From: the human T2T-CHM13v2.0 reference genome, Homo sapiens
NCBI RefSeq assembly: GCF_009914755.1
Contig: NC_060929.1
DNA: 64,000 bases
Strand: one strand, 5' to 3'
Shown here: piece by piece, positions 1 to 14,365 of the stretch
Layout of the letters: the number at the start of each line of letters is the position of its first letter
How positions within the stretch are numbered: position 1 is the first letter of the stretch
The notes under the pieces: model-generated
Databases searched by the model: none
Seen by the model: only the letters and a program-made list of their open reading frames with translations
Told to the model about the DNA's origin: nothing
Position numbers and translations under genes: made by a program

Positions 1-1741
1 TACTGAGATGAACTGTTACTTGTGCTCTTGCAGACTCTGTGATATATTCCTCCACCTGCTCTTGCGGTTTTGATTTTTGCTCCTGTTGACTGCCTCTCCT
101 TGATATCAGGGTCTCTCCCTTTCTCCGTGCCTCCGTCTCCTAGTTCATTTCATCTTGTACAATGCACACAATATGAAAGGGGGAGATTTACCATTGTTTT
201 AAGTTTAATTGCATTGCCTCTTTTAACCTCTTGCTGATTAAATAGTGGGAAACGTAGAAATAATTGTCAGATTTTTAGGAGAAAACAGGTTGAGAAGTGC
301 ACTTGCTTATTGAAGGATGCTTTCCCTTTTCACTGAAATTACCTGGACTTTTGTATGCAATTGCTTTGTGCCTTCCATTATTTTTAATTTCGGCTTACAA
401 TTAGAGCTTGCAAATTGAATTGCTTTCTCTGAGGAGCTGTGATTTCTCTATTTGGCAAGTGCCAGGCATCCCCCGTCACAAATCCCCACTTGCTCAGCTG
501 AAATTAACATGGTTGATTTTGTTCTCTTGTACTGCAATCGGGTCTGATCAGTAGAATCATGATCTCACTTAGTAATTGCTTCCACAGAGTCTGTAGGGAG
601 AGCGGATATGAGTGGTGCTCTGCCTGATGAGGAGAATGGAGGTTCTCCAGGGGAGTACAAGGGAGCTTTAGGCAATGATCTTGGGGATTATAGAGAGCTG
701 TCCCTCTTTACTTGCACTCAGAAGTCTTGTGGTATTTACCAAAGCCATTAAGGGCCCTGATGTTGGAAGTGTCCTCTTTGGAATCAGGATAAATTCAAAG
801 ATGTGGTTAGCTGTTATCACTCACAGATGCTGCAAAGGAAAGCGTATTAACTGTGGGTATTCTAGCTCAATGCCAGCTTAGTTCTGGTTATTTTTATTAG
901 GGAAAAATCTTAAGATATAGTCAATTCTTCAGTTCTTCAGTTTCATGTTTCATCTCAAAAAAGTTGATTTGAGTTCCGCAAATGAAAGAGAGATTAGTTT
1001 TGCAGGGTGCAAAATGAGATCCATTGTAGCTTTATGAGTGGCGAGTGGCAGGTCACTGGAGGTATTCAGGAATCTAGACTGGATGACCTCTAATGCCCTT
1101 TCTAATGCTGAGATGAATGATCCACTCCCTCACCTCTTTCTGTTCTCCATATGGTAGCAGCCTATAACTCTAACATTTATGATCTAACATTTATGAACTT
1201 TGTGGTCTCTTAATACCTCAGTATCTTTTGTGTCTCTATGTCTTTGTACTTCCTTTTCCCTAAATCTGGGAAACTTCTCTCTGGTCTTCTGCATGGTTGG
1301 CTCCAGTCTATTTTTCAGGATACAACGCAAGCATTGCTGCCTCTCTGTATACCAAGCCCCATCTTTAGGACTGAGTTAGGGATTCTAGTCTGCTCCTTAT
1401 GCTTACTTGTCACCCTGTGTTATAACTGCTGGCAGTCTTGTCCTTCCTCCTGATGTGAGCTCAATGATAATGCTACATTGATTGATTAAATCACACATTG
1501 AAGATATAATAGACATGCAAAAAAAATTGTTGAGTGAGTGAAACAAAATAGTGTTTGATTACTTTTGTGTAGAGAATTATAGATTTTAAAAATAATATTT
1601 TGAATAGCATTTTAAATTTTAATTAATAAGTAAGTTTCATGGTACTTAGTTTTCTCTTATATGTACCTTTTCAGCCATACTCTTTCTAGGAATCTTGCGT
1701 ACTTGTCAGTGAGCATGTATCTCAGTTTTTAAGAAAGTCAG

Positions 1742-2049
<308 letters not shown>

Positions 2050-3648
2050 TCAGAAGGTACTGAGATCTTCTAAAGTTCAGTATAAAGAAGTAATCACTGT
2101 GCAGTGCTTATTTCTATAGACAAAACATTTTATATTTGTTACATTAACTATAATGGATAGGAAAATCTCTTTACCATTTGGTGAGTGGTTATGAATCACA
2201 TGGAAGCAAGTATCCCTTTTATTTGCAAATTGGAAAGGTTTTTCTGGTAGTGATGGGCCTTCAAGAGACCTCCTTTCCAATAGAGGGTGCTGCTACTCCA
2301 CAAGCTATGAGGGACCCCAACAGATGAAGACATCAAAAGAATTGTTCTAAGTGCATCACAGCTGGCTACTTGGAATTATGATTTATGTTCAGCTGTAGCC
2401 CAGTTTGAAGAATTTGAAACCAAGGGGGGAAAAGTCTATCTGTTCATTTTGCGAGCTCCAGTCTTGTTACATGCAGTGTTTCAGCACTTCTCAGGTGAGC
2501 AGCGGAAAGTGTAGTTCATCTAGCAGAGCTGTGCTTTTAGAGACCCCCCTCATGTTGCCCCTGCATGATGTATGAGTACCTGTGCTTCTCAAGGAACCCA
2601 CATTTGCTGAGTGCATTTCTATTTCACTGTCTCTTTCTAATAATTTTAGATGAGGTCAACCTATTTGGCCTCTGGCTACATGAGAACAGTGAATACAGAA
2701 TGCAAAATGATTAACAGATACAGTGAAAGGCCTAGATAACTTGTTTTCTTAGAGACCCTACACTGAGTTGTGGAAGGACATCAGTCTTCCTTTCACACCT
2801 GCTTAGTTTTGCTCATGGTGTGGCTATGGCCCTTGCTGTTTCTCTGCCTTTTAAATCCTTACCATCCTTTAAAGGCCGGCCCAAATGCCCATGCAGAGTT
2901 AAATACTCATTCCCACATACTATCCTGCTCTGGTTATTATTAATGTCACTTGCTTTATTTTGTCTTGTGTAATTATTAGTTGCTTATCTATGTGCCCCTC
3001 CTTTAAGACTGTAAATACTCCAAGGCAGGAACTGTGTCCTGATCCTCCTTGCACCCCTCAGTACCAAGAGCCTGCACATAAAAACTGCCCAATAAACCTT
3101 GATTGATTTGAAATGAGTATTTCTGAGAACGGTACTGCATGTAAATATTGAACTCAGAATAACTAAAGCACAGCTTTATGAGTTCTTTAGAAGTGCAGTT
3201 GGCTATATATGTTCATAACAATTGAAAGGATAAAAAGTAAATGGTAGGTGAAATATGACTCATTTTGTGGTGGGCATAGGGGTGGTGCTCCAATTCAGGA
3301 GATGGTGTTTTGTAACCTTATCGTGTGATTCTACTCAAAGGTTTTACTTATAATTAATAATATGTTTTCCATTTTTGAGAAAAATTAGTGTTTGGGTGAG
3401 TTTTACACAAGTGGTGCTTGCCACGTTTCACACACTATATTATGGCTTGTGTCATGTACGTTTGACAATTCTTTCGTGCTTTTCACAGTTTAATGTTTTC
3501 TTCTTCGTGACAAGAAAAAGTCACCCAGCCTTTCCCTGCATTTCTCTCCTACACCAACTTTGTGGTGAAGACATGGTGCCTTGTGGTAAGTGCACTGTAG
3601 CAAAGAGTCCCACCCTACCAGTTGTCTGTGAAACCATTGAATGTAATC

Positions 3649-3813
3649 TTTTTTTTTTTTTTTTCGTGAGACGGACTCTCACTTTGTTGCCCAGGCTGCA
3701 GTGCAGTGGTGCAGTCTGGGCTCAGTGCAACCTCTGCTTCCTAGACTCAAACAATTCTCCTGCCTTGGCCTCCTGAGTAGCTGGGATTAAAGGCATGTGC
3801 CACCATGCCCAGC

Positions 3814-3816
<3 letters not shown>
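3649..3816 (-). mobile_element. Alu right monomer
   Basis: poly(T) then GAGACGGACTCTCACTTTGTTGCCCAGGCTG...CCACCATGCCCAGCTAATTTT; no left arm of its own. Confidence 0.9.
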
Positions 3817-3845
<29 letters not shown>

Positions 3846-4124
3846 ACAGAGTCTTTCTCTGTCACCCAGGCTAGAGAGCAGTGACGTGATCTCGGCTCAA
3901 CGCAATCTCCGCCTCCCAGGTTCAAGCAATTCTCCCTGCCTCAGCCTTCTGAGTAGCTGGGATTACAGGCGCCCACCACCATGCCTGCTAATTTTTGTAT
4001 TTTTAGTAGAGACAGGGTTTTGCCATGTTGGCCAGGCTGGTCTCAAACTCCTGGCCTCAGGTCATCCACCCGCCTCAGCCTCCCTAAGTGCTGGGATTAC
4101 AGGTGTGAGCCACTGCGCCCGGCC
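3817..4124 (-). mobile_element. Full-length Alu (AluSx-like)
   Basis: poly(T), both arms, ends GAGCCACTGCGCCCGGCC. Confidence 0.95.
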
Positions 4125-4339
4125 TTGTAATCATTGTTTTTGAAACAAAAACCTTTATCACAAAAGTAACATGACCCAATGTGAAAAATGCAAACAATCT
4201 ACAGAAATACAAATGGTGTGGAAAGTGAGCTTCTCCTTCACACATTCTCTAAATCCTACTGTGTTCCCCCAGAGAATGGCTGTCTCTATTCATTTAACAA
4301 TATGTGTGTGTAACACACACATGACTTTTCTTCTCTTTC

Positions 4340-4454
4340 AGTTTTAAAAACTGTATATATTTTGGTATACAGTATGATTTCTGATGTACATATACATAGT
4401 GAGATGGTTATTGTATTCAAACATATTAACATATCCATTATCTCACATAGTTAC
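4340..4454 (-). mobile_element. L1MA-type 3' end fragment
   Basis: ATACATAGTGAGATGGTTA...TTAACATATCCATTATCTCACATAGTTAC resembles antisense L1MA 3' terminus. Confidence 0.7.
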
Positions 4455-4567
4455 ATGTGTGTGTCTAGTCTTTTAGCAAAAGTATTTGCCAATTTTTGCC
4501 ATTTTTTTCTTGATAATCATTATTTCGATTGCCCATCTCGCCTAATGACAGAAAACACTTTACTAGC

Positions 4568-4879
4568 AGTTCTACTTTTCATGGTTTCAGTTACCCACTG
4601 TCCAAAAGTATTAAAATGGAACATTCCAGGAGTAAACAATTTGTAAGTTTTACCTTGCATGCCATTCAGAGTAGTGTGATGAAATCCTGTGCCGTTCCCT
4701 TCCATCTTGCTCAGGAGGTGAATCATTCCTTTGCCCAGGGTATCCACTCTTATAGCCTACCCACCCTTTACTGTCTAGGAAAACATATGGTATATATAGC
4801 GTTTAGTACTATCTGTGGTTTCAGGCATCCACTGGGGGTCTTGAAAAGTATCCCCTGTGGATAACAGGGATCTACTGTA
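4568..4879 (+). mobile_element. MER44A-like (TcMar-Tigger) MITE
   Basis: GGTTTCAGTTACC...AGTAGTGTGATGAAATC...GGTTTCAGGCATCCACTGGGGGTCTTG...CTACTG followed by TA. Confidence 0.8.
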
Positions 4880-5967
4880 TAGTCAATCCTAGCAAAATTA
4901 TTTCAAGTTTCAGTCCTGACTACTTCAGTTTCCCTTGCTCATCCTTCTCTGGGACTTATTTAAATACTGGGAATTTAAGGAGTGTCATGGTTTCTGGACT
5001 GAGGAGATAGCTGGACCTCCATGGGGTCTGTCCACCATTGAATTTGCTAGGATGTACATCATTCCACCCTGTTCCAGACGTGGAGCCCTCCCTGGGCATC
5101 CAGTGAGATATTGGCAGTCCCACTTGGTTCTTGGCCATACTGATTATGCCACCATCTGCTGGTCTATCGAAGAGCATTTCAGATATGTAGACTTTCTTCC
5201 TTTTTTATTCTGCAAATGAAAAACGATTCTTCAAGGATATAGGAAAGTTATGGGGCCACCTTGGAACTTCTCTACCTCTGATACCCACCCCCCCCCGCAC
5301 TCAATCCAGCCATCTCTTTTCAAGTTTTATCATACCTTGATAGAGTGAAAAGCTCCTTCAGAAGAGTTTGCTGTCAGGGTTCAGAGGGAAAGCAGACATG
5401 GGCAGCTCTGCTCTCAAGCCCTGTACTGATCTGAGAGTTCTATTTCTCCCATCCACTTGACATTAACCTTCTTGGAGAGCTCAGAGTATGTGGTCTCTTT
5501 TCAGATATATGACTAGTTTATACTACTTGTTTTATTTTTCCTTGTTCTCCTGCCCAGGGAGAGGTATTTTTCTCCTCCTTCTAGCATAGAAAAACAAAAT
5601 GTTTGCAAGTGTTTTACAAGTGGATCTCAGCTTTGGAAAACAGAAGTATCCAGAATTGGATGCCTTTTTGTAGCTCCGGTTCTAGTGTGACATCTTTATC
5701 TTAAGGGCAGTGGAGTAGCCAAGTTGGTGTTACAGGGTAAAAAGGAGTTTGGGTGAAAACATACTCACTTACTACTCTCAGAATCATCCATGTCCACAAA
5801 TGCACATGTGCAAACTTATGTTGTATTTGTATTGTTTTGTTTCTGTTTGTTTGCTCTTTGCATAAATGGGATCATACTTCACATATTGTTTGTGACATGT
5901 TATTTTTTCCTTAGCAATGTGTAGTGAACATATGTTAATGGCTACTAGGATTTTTAATTTTTAAATT

Positions 5968-6274
5968 TTTATTATTTATTTATTTATTTTTGAGACAGAG
6001 ACTCACTGGGTTGCCCAAGCTGGAGTGCAGTGGCATGATCTCAGCTCACTGTAACTTCCGCCTCCAGGGTTCAAGTGATTCTGTTGCCTCAGCCTCCTGA
6101 GTAGCTGGGACTGCAGGTGCCCACCACCACGCCTGGCTAATTTTTGTATTTTTAGTAGAGATGGGGTTTCACCATGTTGGCTAGGCTGGTCTTGAACTTC
6201 TGACCTCAGGTGATACACCTGCCTCAACCTCCTGAAGTGCTGGGATTACTGGCATGAGTCACTGCGCCCAGCCT
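5968..6274 (-). mobile_element. Alu (AluSx/Sz-like)
   Basis: (TTTA)n tail, GAGACAGAG..., CTGACCTCAGGTGAT, ends CACTGCGCCCAGCC. Confidence 0.95.
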
Positions 6275-6774
6275 TAAAAAATTATTTATGATACTTTTCA
6301 CCATATAGAATTTTTGAAGATACATACTATTGCTTGCCAGGGGCACCATAAAGCATTTCTGTAAACCTGTGTTTCTCCAGATTTACACAAAGAGGGACAT
6401 AAGTCATGGCATCCAGTAGCCCTCCTTCCTTCCCTGTTCTGTTCACATGCACAAGCCCCTTCAGGTCCCAACTCCTGTATTGTAGCAGAGCAGAAATGTC
6501 TAGAAAGCCTATTGTCATAAAAACAATCAGAACACAAGCTGTAACATAATTCAGTCTGCTTTCCTTACGTAGAAATCAGCAAAATCACTTTTTACTCAGC
6601 TACCTGAATAGTCATTCCAAGTTGAAAAGCAAGGTCTATCCTGTGGGGGTGTTGAAACTGCCTTTTAACGAGCTTTCATTCCGATTGCATTTGGGGACCT
6701 CAAAAAGGCATTTGGCCTGCTGAGCGCCAAGTTTCAGTGGACACATCTGGATACTTCTGTCTCTTTTTAAACTC

Positions 6775-7345
6775 TTTTTTTTATTATGAAGAAATGGAAA
6801 CATACACACAATTTGAGGAAACAGCGTAATGAACTTTGTGAACCCGTCACACAGTCTCAACTCCTACCGATGCTCCCTCCTCCTTTCTGACAGACTGTTT
6901 TGAAGCACATCCTGGGTATCATATTGTTTTATCTGTAACTATTTCAGCAGGTATCTCTAAAAGATAAGCACTTTTAGTAAATGTGACCATAATGTCGTTC
7001 TCCTACTTAAAAGATTTTAACGATTATTTAATATTAACATATATTAATATTAATCAGTGGTTAAATTCCACCAATTGTCTCATAAATTCCTTTTTAAACA
7101 AATTAATTTGTTCAAATTAGGATTCAAAAAAGGTCCTCACATTGCACTTGGTAGATAAGCCTGTTAAGTTCCTTTTAGTCTATAATTTTCTCCCTGCTCT
7201 GTTTTCTCATAATTTATTTGTTGAAGAAATGAGAACATTATTCCATAGGGTTTCTTACATTCTATATTTTGCTGATGATATATTTTGCCCCCGTGTCATT
7301 TAATATGTTCCTCTGTGTATCTTGTAAATTGGAAGTTAGGTTAGA
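6775..7345 (-). mobile_element. Old L1 (L1MC/L1ME) 3' region
   Basis: TTATTATGAAGAAATGGAAACATACAC...TAATGAAC, TTCAGCAGGTATCTCTAAAAGATAAG resemble antisense L1M 3' UTR. Confidence 0.6.
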
Positions 7346-7346
7346 G

Positions 7347-8425
7347 TAGCAATTCTCAAAGTGTGTTCTGGGGATGCATGGGGGTTTCTGAGACACTTTC
7401 AGAGAATCCACGAGATCAAGACTAGTTTCACAATGATAGTAAAATATAGTTTTCTTTTTAAAAATCTCACTCTGTCATAGGTGTACAGTAGTTTTCCAGA
7501 ATCTATTTGACATGTAGTATCACAAGTTGAATGCAGTGCAGATATAAAAATCAAACTCTTTTCCATTAAGCCATATATTAAAGAGATTTGCAAAAAAAAA
7601 AAAAAACAATTCAATCTACTTATTTTTTTGGGGGGGAATATAGCTATTTTTCATAAAAATGTGCTATTTATGTTAACATTGATAACCAAAATAAGTGACT
7701 GAGGCAGGCATCTCAATCAATCAGAGTTTTTAAGCCAGCTTTAGGGCACAGCCAGGAAAATGTAAATCACAGAGGCATCTGTTGCTGTTTTTCTGAATAG
7801 GTTTTCAGAAGGTTTATATTTATACATTTTCCTAAAGGGAGAAAGACATGTAGGGAAAGAGGTGGGTAGGAGCAAATGGTTACATTCTTGTGAGACTTTA
7901 GTTAATGCCCAGCAAATCTACATTTCACATAAAATTAAGGTGAATGTTTGAAGATAAAAGAAAAAAGAGTAAAGGAAGAATCAATTATGCATACATTTCT
8001 GGCTGGTGGAGGAATGATTGATCTTGTCTCTGTTCTGCACCTGGCGAGAAAAGGTTGTAATGATATCATCAGTGTGGAATCAAACAGATTTTAGTTTTAG
8101 GAGCTAGACTTAGATTGTAGACCTAAAGTTACATATGGCATGTCCTTGTTTATGGGAGGCCAGCAAAAAAATTTGCCTATAAATGATTTGTGGGGCAGTC
8201 ATTCAGAGATGCCTGAGGCCTTTTACCTTTTCTGAGGGGTCTGGCTAATGTATAATGCTAGTAACAGCTACTCATTTGGAGGAGGGTGTGTGTGACTCAG
8301 CCTCCAGGCTTAACTTTCGCTTTGGCATAAGGAGTTTTGGGGTGCTGAGATTTTTATTTTCCTTTACAACATATAATGGATTCATTTTTGTCATTTTAAA
8401 ATGAATTAGTAAATAAATATTTAAC
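7347..8425 (+). mobile_element. hAT-Charlie element (MER119-like), interrupted by an LTR at 7680-8368
   Basis: AGCAATTCTCAAAGTGTG terminus; ATTAAGCCATATATTAAAGAGATTTGCAAAA; sequence resumes ATAATGGATTC...AAATGAATTA after the LTR. Confidence 0.7.
7680..8368 (-). mobile_element. ERV1 MER4-group solo LTR (MER72-like)
   Basis: TG...CA termini; minus strand begins TGTAAAGGAAAATAAAAATCTCAG...CCTTATGCCAAAG; 4-bp TSD ACAT at 7676-7679 and 8369-8372. Confidence 0.8.
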
Positions 8426-8502
8426 ATATCTCCTTCTCCCCCATTGAATTTATTCAATTATTTATTTATATCTGTATTTACTCATTTATTTATTTCATAC
8501 TC

Positions 8503-9402
<900 letters not shown>

Positions 9403-9541
9403 TGTGTGTGTGTGTGTGTGTGCACTTCTTACTACAGGATTATCCAGGTGCATGTATTTTCTGCCTCAGTTCTAGAATCTAGAATTTTCCAAAGATCTCT
9501 GGCTTCTTTTATTGAAGAATGGTATTAAAAATCAAGACACA

Positions 9542-9847
9542 GGCCGGGAGTGGTGGCTCGTGCCTGTAATCCCAAAATTTAGGGAGGCCGAGGCAGGCAG
9601 ATCACCTGAGGTCAGGAGTTCAAGACCAGCCTGATCAACATGGAGAAACCCTGTCTCTACTGAAAATACAAAATTAGCTGGGCATGGTGGCACATGCCTG
9701 TAATCTCAGCTATTCAGGAGGCTGAGGCAGGAGAATTGCTTAAACCTGGGAGGCAGAGGTTGCAGTGAGTCAAGATCGCACCACTATACTCCAGTCTGCG
9801 TGACAGAGCGAGACTCCATCTCAAAAAAAAAAAAAAAAAAAAAAAAA
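9542..9847 (+). mobile_element. Alu (AluSp-like)
   Basis: CCTGATCAACATGGAGAAACCC diagnostic; long A tail. Confidence 0.92.
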
Positions 9848-9931
9848 GACGTGGGCTCTGGGGCACTGGGGCACTGGGTGTGCTTATTGCTACTTGGGCA
9901 TTGTTTCTTTTAGGGCTTCTCAGTTAACAGA

Positions 9932-10112
9932 TGTACAGGCCGAGGGAAAACTTCCCCTTTGCCCTCTGAAGGGTCACTGAAAATCAATGGGCACAATGCT
10001 GATTAATGGGAGAAAAGATGTACAAATGTATTTGATTATATGACAAGGGAGCCTTCAGAATGAAGACCCAAAGGTACAGGGGAAACCATTTTTATGGTTG
10101 GATTCAATGAAA
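9932..10112 (-). mobile_element. ERV1 LTR fragment (MER31-like)
   Basis: GGGAGCCTTCAGAATGAAGACCCAAAGGTACAGGGGAAA resembles antisense MER31. Confidence 0.6.
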
Positions 10113-10214
10113 TATTCAATGAAATATTGCTTACTTGTGAACTCTCACTTCAACAGTGGGAATGTGTATATGCATATATTAATCAATGGCTATTTCCCTG
10201 CTACTTTGCTAACA

Positions 10215-10550
10215 ACCTTCTCAAACTTTTGGATTTTTCCCAATTTGGTAGGTGAGAAATAATACCTCATTGTAGTTGTAATTTATATTTCTCTTATTAT
10301 GAGCAATGTTCACATCTTTTCAAATGTTTAAAGTCCATTTGCATTTTATTTTTTGTGAATACTCTGTTTAAAACTCTGCCATTTTGGGGGGGTTGGTGGT
10401 CTTTTTCTTCTCTACTTTATAAACTCTTTATATATTAGTGATGCCAACCATTTGTCAGGTGTATTACAAATATGTGTTTTTCTAGTATGCCATTTCTGAA
10501 AGTTTATCTTGAAGCTTATAGCAAATATGATTTTCCCCCATTTTATAGGT
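10215..10550 (-). mobile_element. L1ME-type ORF2 3' fragment
   Basis: TAGGTGAGAAATAATACCTCATTGTAGTT...ATTTCTCTTATTATGAG...CATCTTTTCAAATGTTTA. Confidence 0.65.
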
Positions 10551-10669
10551 TTTGTAGGGAAACTATCCTTTTATCACTTTATAATAATGGTTTAGGAGGA
10601 TGTGACTACCGTTTCCTCCCCAAAGATTGACGGGGGAGAAAAAAAGCCCAGATGTGTTTATGTTATTTC

Positions 10670-11100
10670 TGTCCCATTCCCTCTCCCAGTCCTGGCCAAT
10701 CATATGGGACATTTTTCTAAACACAATGATTCTTCTGGTGGTGGGGTGGGTCATGGCCCAACTAGATCAATAGAAATCCTTTTGGGCTAAGTGAAATAAG
10801 TGAAATAGATGCCTAGAGAAAGGCCACCTTAACTTTGTCACTAGGAGCTTGGGCTGTGGGGAGAAATGTCAGCTGCTGCTTTGAAAGACTCAGCTTGAAA
10901 ATGAAGCTAATATCTAGAAAAGAAGAGAGGAAAGATAGGGGAAGAAAGCGAGAAAGATGCCTGAAGGCAATATTTGAACCTCTGGATCTAGCTATGCCTC
11001 TCTCTGGACTACTTGATCATATGAGCCAGAACAATTCTTTGCTGCTTTTTCTTAAACTCATTTGAGGTGTTTTTTTTTTTTTTTTTTTCTAATAGCCAAA
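10670..11100 (+). mobile_element. MaLR LTR (MLT1J/K-like)
   Basis: CTGGATCTAGCTATGCCT...ATGAGCCAGAACAATTC...CTTAAACTCATTTGAG resembles MLT1 3' part. Confidence 0.55.
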
Positions 11101-11116
11101 AAAAAGATAACTGACT

Positions 11117-11411
<295 letters not shown>

Positions 11412-13243
11412 GTGACTAAAATAAAGTTACTTTGAGCTCAAAAGTTCAAAAGATGCTTGTTGGTGTCTAGTGGTGGGGGCATATATCAGTTCTGATGAGC
11501 AGCTGTATTATGAAAACTAACAAAATAGAATTTTAATAAATTAGCACAGCATCACAAAAAGTTCTCCATGTAATTAATGGATTAAAGTGTTTTAATATTT
11601 TTGTCATTAATTCAGTTTTGAGATAACTGAAAATTTTAAAAAAGAAATCTTCAAAATATTTGACTGTTCTTAAAAATACTTAGTTTTTAATATCAGGGCA
11701 TCATCTCTATTCTACTTCTGTTAAGACATTGGTAATTGTGTCTGATCAGTTGTTTTTCGATTCTTTTCTGCAGCCTGATTATAAGACTATCAACTCCATC
11801 TAAGAGTTTTCAGTTTATATGAAGCCATATTCTTCAAAGACACCTTGGAAACTGCATCTTTATTCCATGCTCCATTTCTCAAATAATCACCTTCCACCCT
11901 CAAGAGCGGGTGCTGGTCAAAGAGAAATGATTGTACAAAGCAATGGTATCTTACGTGAGGATTATGTTAGAAAGTCTAGGTATAAGGTAAAAAACATATC
12001 TACTGAAAATTGACCTTTAAAAACACATAGGAACTTTCCTTTTGTGTGTGTGTAAAATGAATAATTGTTCATTAATGGGTTGAGGATAGCCAATTTTTTC
12101 CTCAGTTTTAAATCAGGTGGCCTATTTCCTTGATTGAGCACTAGATAAAACACTTCACTTGGGTCTAAGGAATATGGTGTAGGAAAAATACACAGCTTTA
12201 ATTACTAGGATGACTCTCACTTATGCTCACACACACACACACACACTGATACTCACGCTGAGGTAAAGGGAGGTAACAGCAGATTTATATCTTCCAAATT
12301 ATGCATGCACCAGGTCACATACTTACTGAGTAGGTCAGCAGGCTGAATTGTCCTCACTTTAAAGATTATGTATCTCTTTCTGCCATGTATATACAGTCGA
12401 AGGCTCAACATTTACATGCACAGGTGATATGAGTTAATTGAACCATATGATCTTCTCATTCTGCCTGTGGCAAGAACAATATAGAAGAGGAGAGGTAACT
12501 TCTGGCTCAAGGCAAGATAATCTGATTGTTTCCTGTAAATGTAGAGCTGGGAATAAAAAGCTGAACATGGAGTAGGGGGGCTACAGCTAGGACATGATGA
12601 AGCCTCAAGGCTGGGCCTGCACCTTGAACCCCCAGTGGCTGCCTAGTCCTTGGTCCCAGGATTTTACAAAGCAGAGAAACACTTCTTCCCTTGACTTGGT
12701 TTCACTGGACACCTGTATATTTTTCTAATAAATCTTTCACTCTTTCCCCAGAGTATTGCTCAAGCTAACTTGGAATGGGTTTCTGTTATATCCAAAAGAT
12801 CTGGATTAATACAGTGCTATACTCTGAACAAACTCTACCAGTTACTCTTATAATGGTATGAGTATCTTCCAGTAAAACTGATACTTTGAACATTTATTTA
12901 CTTCAAAATTTAGAAAAAATGTCAGTATTCAAAAGGGGAAAAAAAAAACAATCAGCTTGTGAAGGCCTCACACTTATCTGAAGTTTGTATTGTTTCTTCT
13001 GACCTAGCATGTCTTCTCTGCACAGAGACACACCTCTTCGATTGGCTGGGGCAGCTTCCTGCTTTTCTGGCTTTCTCTAGTCCTAAAATTTTGAATTTTT
13101 TAAAAATAAAACTTATATTGTGTTATATTTCCCTCTTCATTGTAAATTTTCCATTTTCCTTAATAAAGTTCTCCTTACACTTAAAGAGTAAAAACTAATC
13201 CAGAGGAAGTTTGTTAATTGCCGCCAGAGGGTGTTGCTAAGGC

Positions 13244-13245
<2 letters not shown>

Positions 13246-13294
<49 letters not shown>
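13246..13294. repeat. (TG)~24 microsatellite
   Basis: uninterrupted TG run. Confidence 0.98.
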
Positions 13295-13297
<3 letters not shown>

Positions 13298-13720
13298 AAA
13301 CAAGGCAGTTTATCACGTTACAAGAAAGTTGTGACTCAGGGATATTAGAAAGAAGTATAATTTATTAATAGAAGCATTCTTACAATGATGGAAAGAAAGG
13401 AAAGATTAGATCGTAAATAAAAGAGAAAGAACTGACCTTTACATCAAGTGTTTTCCAGTCACTTCTTAATTGCTTTCCACTAAAACTTAATTGAGGAAGC
13501 TTGGTGCTGTCCTGCTCATATTATAAATGCTGGCCATAGAATGGAATACCGTATATGGAGATGAAAGACAGTGAGTGACTCACCTAAGGTCACATGCTTA
13601 GTTAAAAACAGTAGTATATGAAGCGGTATAGCACAGTGGCCAATTCTGAATCATCCAATGCATGCCATATAATGACTGGATGATATTAATTATTTTACTT
13701 CTCTGTGCTTCCATCATCTT

Positions 13721-14001
13721 TTTTTATTATTGTACTTTAAGTTCTGGGGTACATGTGCAGAACGTGCAGTTTTGTTACATAGGTATACACATGCCATGGT
13801 GGTTTGCTGCACCCATCAACCCGTCATCTACATCAGGTATTTCTCCTAATGCTATTCCTCCCCTAGTCCCCCATCCATGACAGGCCCCGGTGTGTGATAT
13901 TCCCCTCCCTGTGTCCATGTGTTCCCATTGTTCAACTCCTACTTATGAGTGAGAACATGCAGTGTTTGGTTTTCTGTTCTTATGTTAGTTTGCTGAGAAT
14001 G
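13721..14001 (-). mobile_element. 5'-truncated L1PA (about PA7-PA8) 3' end inserted in a MIR
   Basis: TACTTTAAGTTCTGGGGTACATGTGCAGAACGTGCAG...; 11-bp TSD TCCATCATCTT at 13710-13720 and 14002-14012. Confidence 0.93.
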
Positions 14002-14274
14002 TCCATCATCTTATTTTTAAAATGGGTTTGCCTACCTTTCATGAGCTAATATGCATGAAGCACTTGGCATAGTCATTTTTCCATTTATAGTAATTACTAC
14101 CAAATTTTAACCTAGAAATTCCAGGTACCTGCTGCCTTCCATGTCACCTCTGTGGCTTGGTCATTTGATGATGACAGTAGGAAGGAGTGAGATAATGTGC
14201 CTTCTTCTCAGTGGATTTGGCAGAAAAATGAAGGAGCCAAATTATAAGGCCCACAACTGGTTTTACAAATTACT

Positions 14275-14365
14275 GTCTACGGCCATACCACCCTGAACGC
14301 GCCTGATCTCGTCTGATCTCGGAAGCTAAGCAGGGTCGGGCCTGCTTAGTACTTTGATGGGAGAC
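14275..14365 (+). pseudogene. RNA5SP: 5S rRNA retropseudogene, nt 1-91, 3'-truncated, no A tail
   Basis: GTCTACGGCCATACCACCCTGAACGCGCC...GGAAGCTAAGCAGGGTCGGGCC...GATGGGAGAC; 3 mismatches in 91 nt against recalled human 5S; TSD ACAAATTAC. Pseudogene number unknown. Confidence 0.96.

Noticed and set aside
1169-1196. 14-bp tandem duplication TCTAACATTTATGA x2 (similar ones near 10102, 31663 and 44150)
   Set aside because: Ordinary slippage duplications, common genome-wide
14275-14365. Functional 5S rRNA gene
   Set aside because: Lacks the last ~30 nt and the terminator, box C is damaged, it has a TSD and is not in a tandem array
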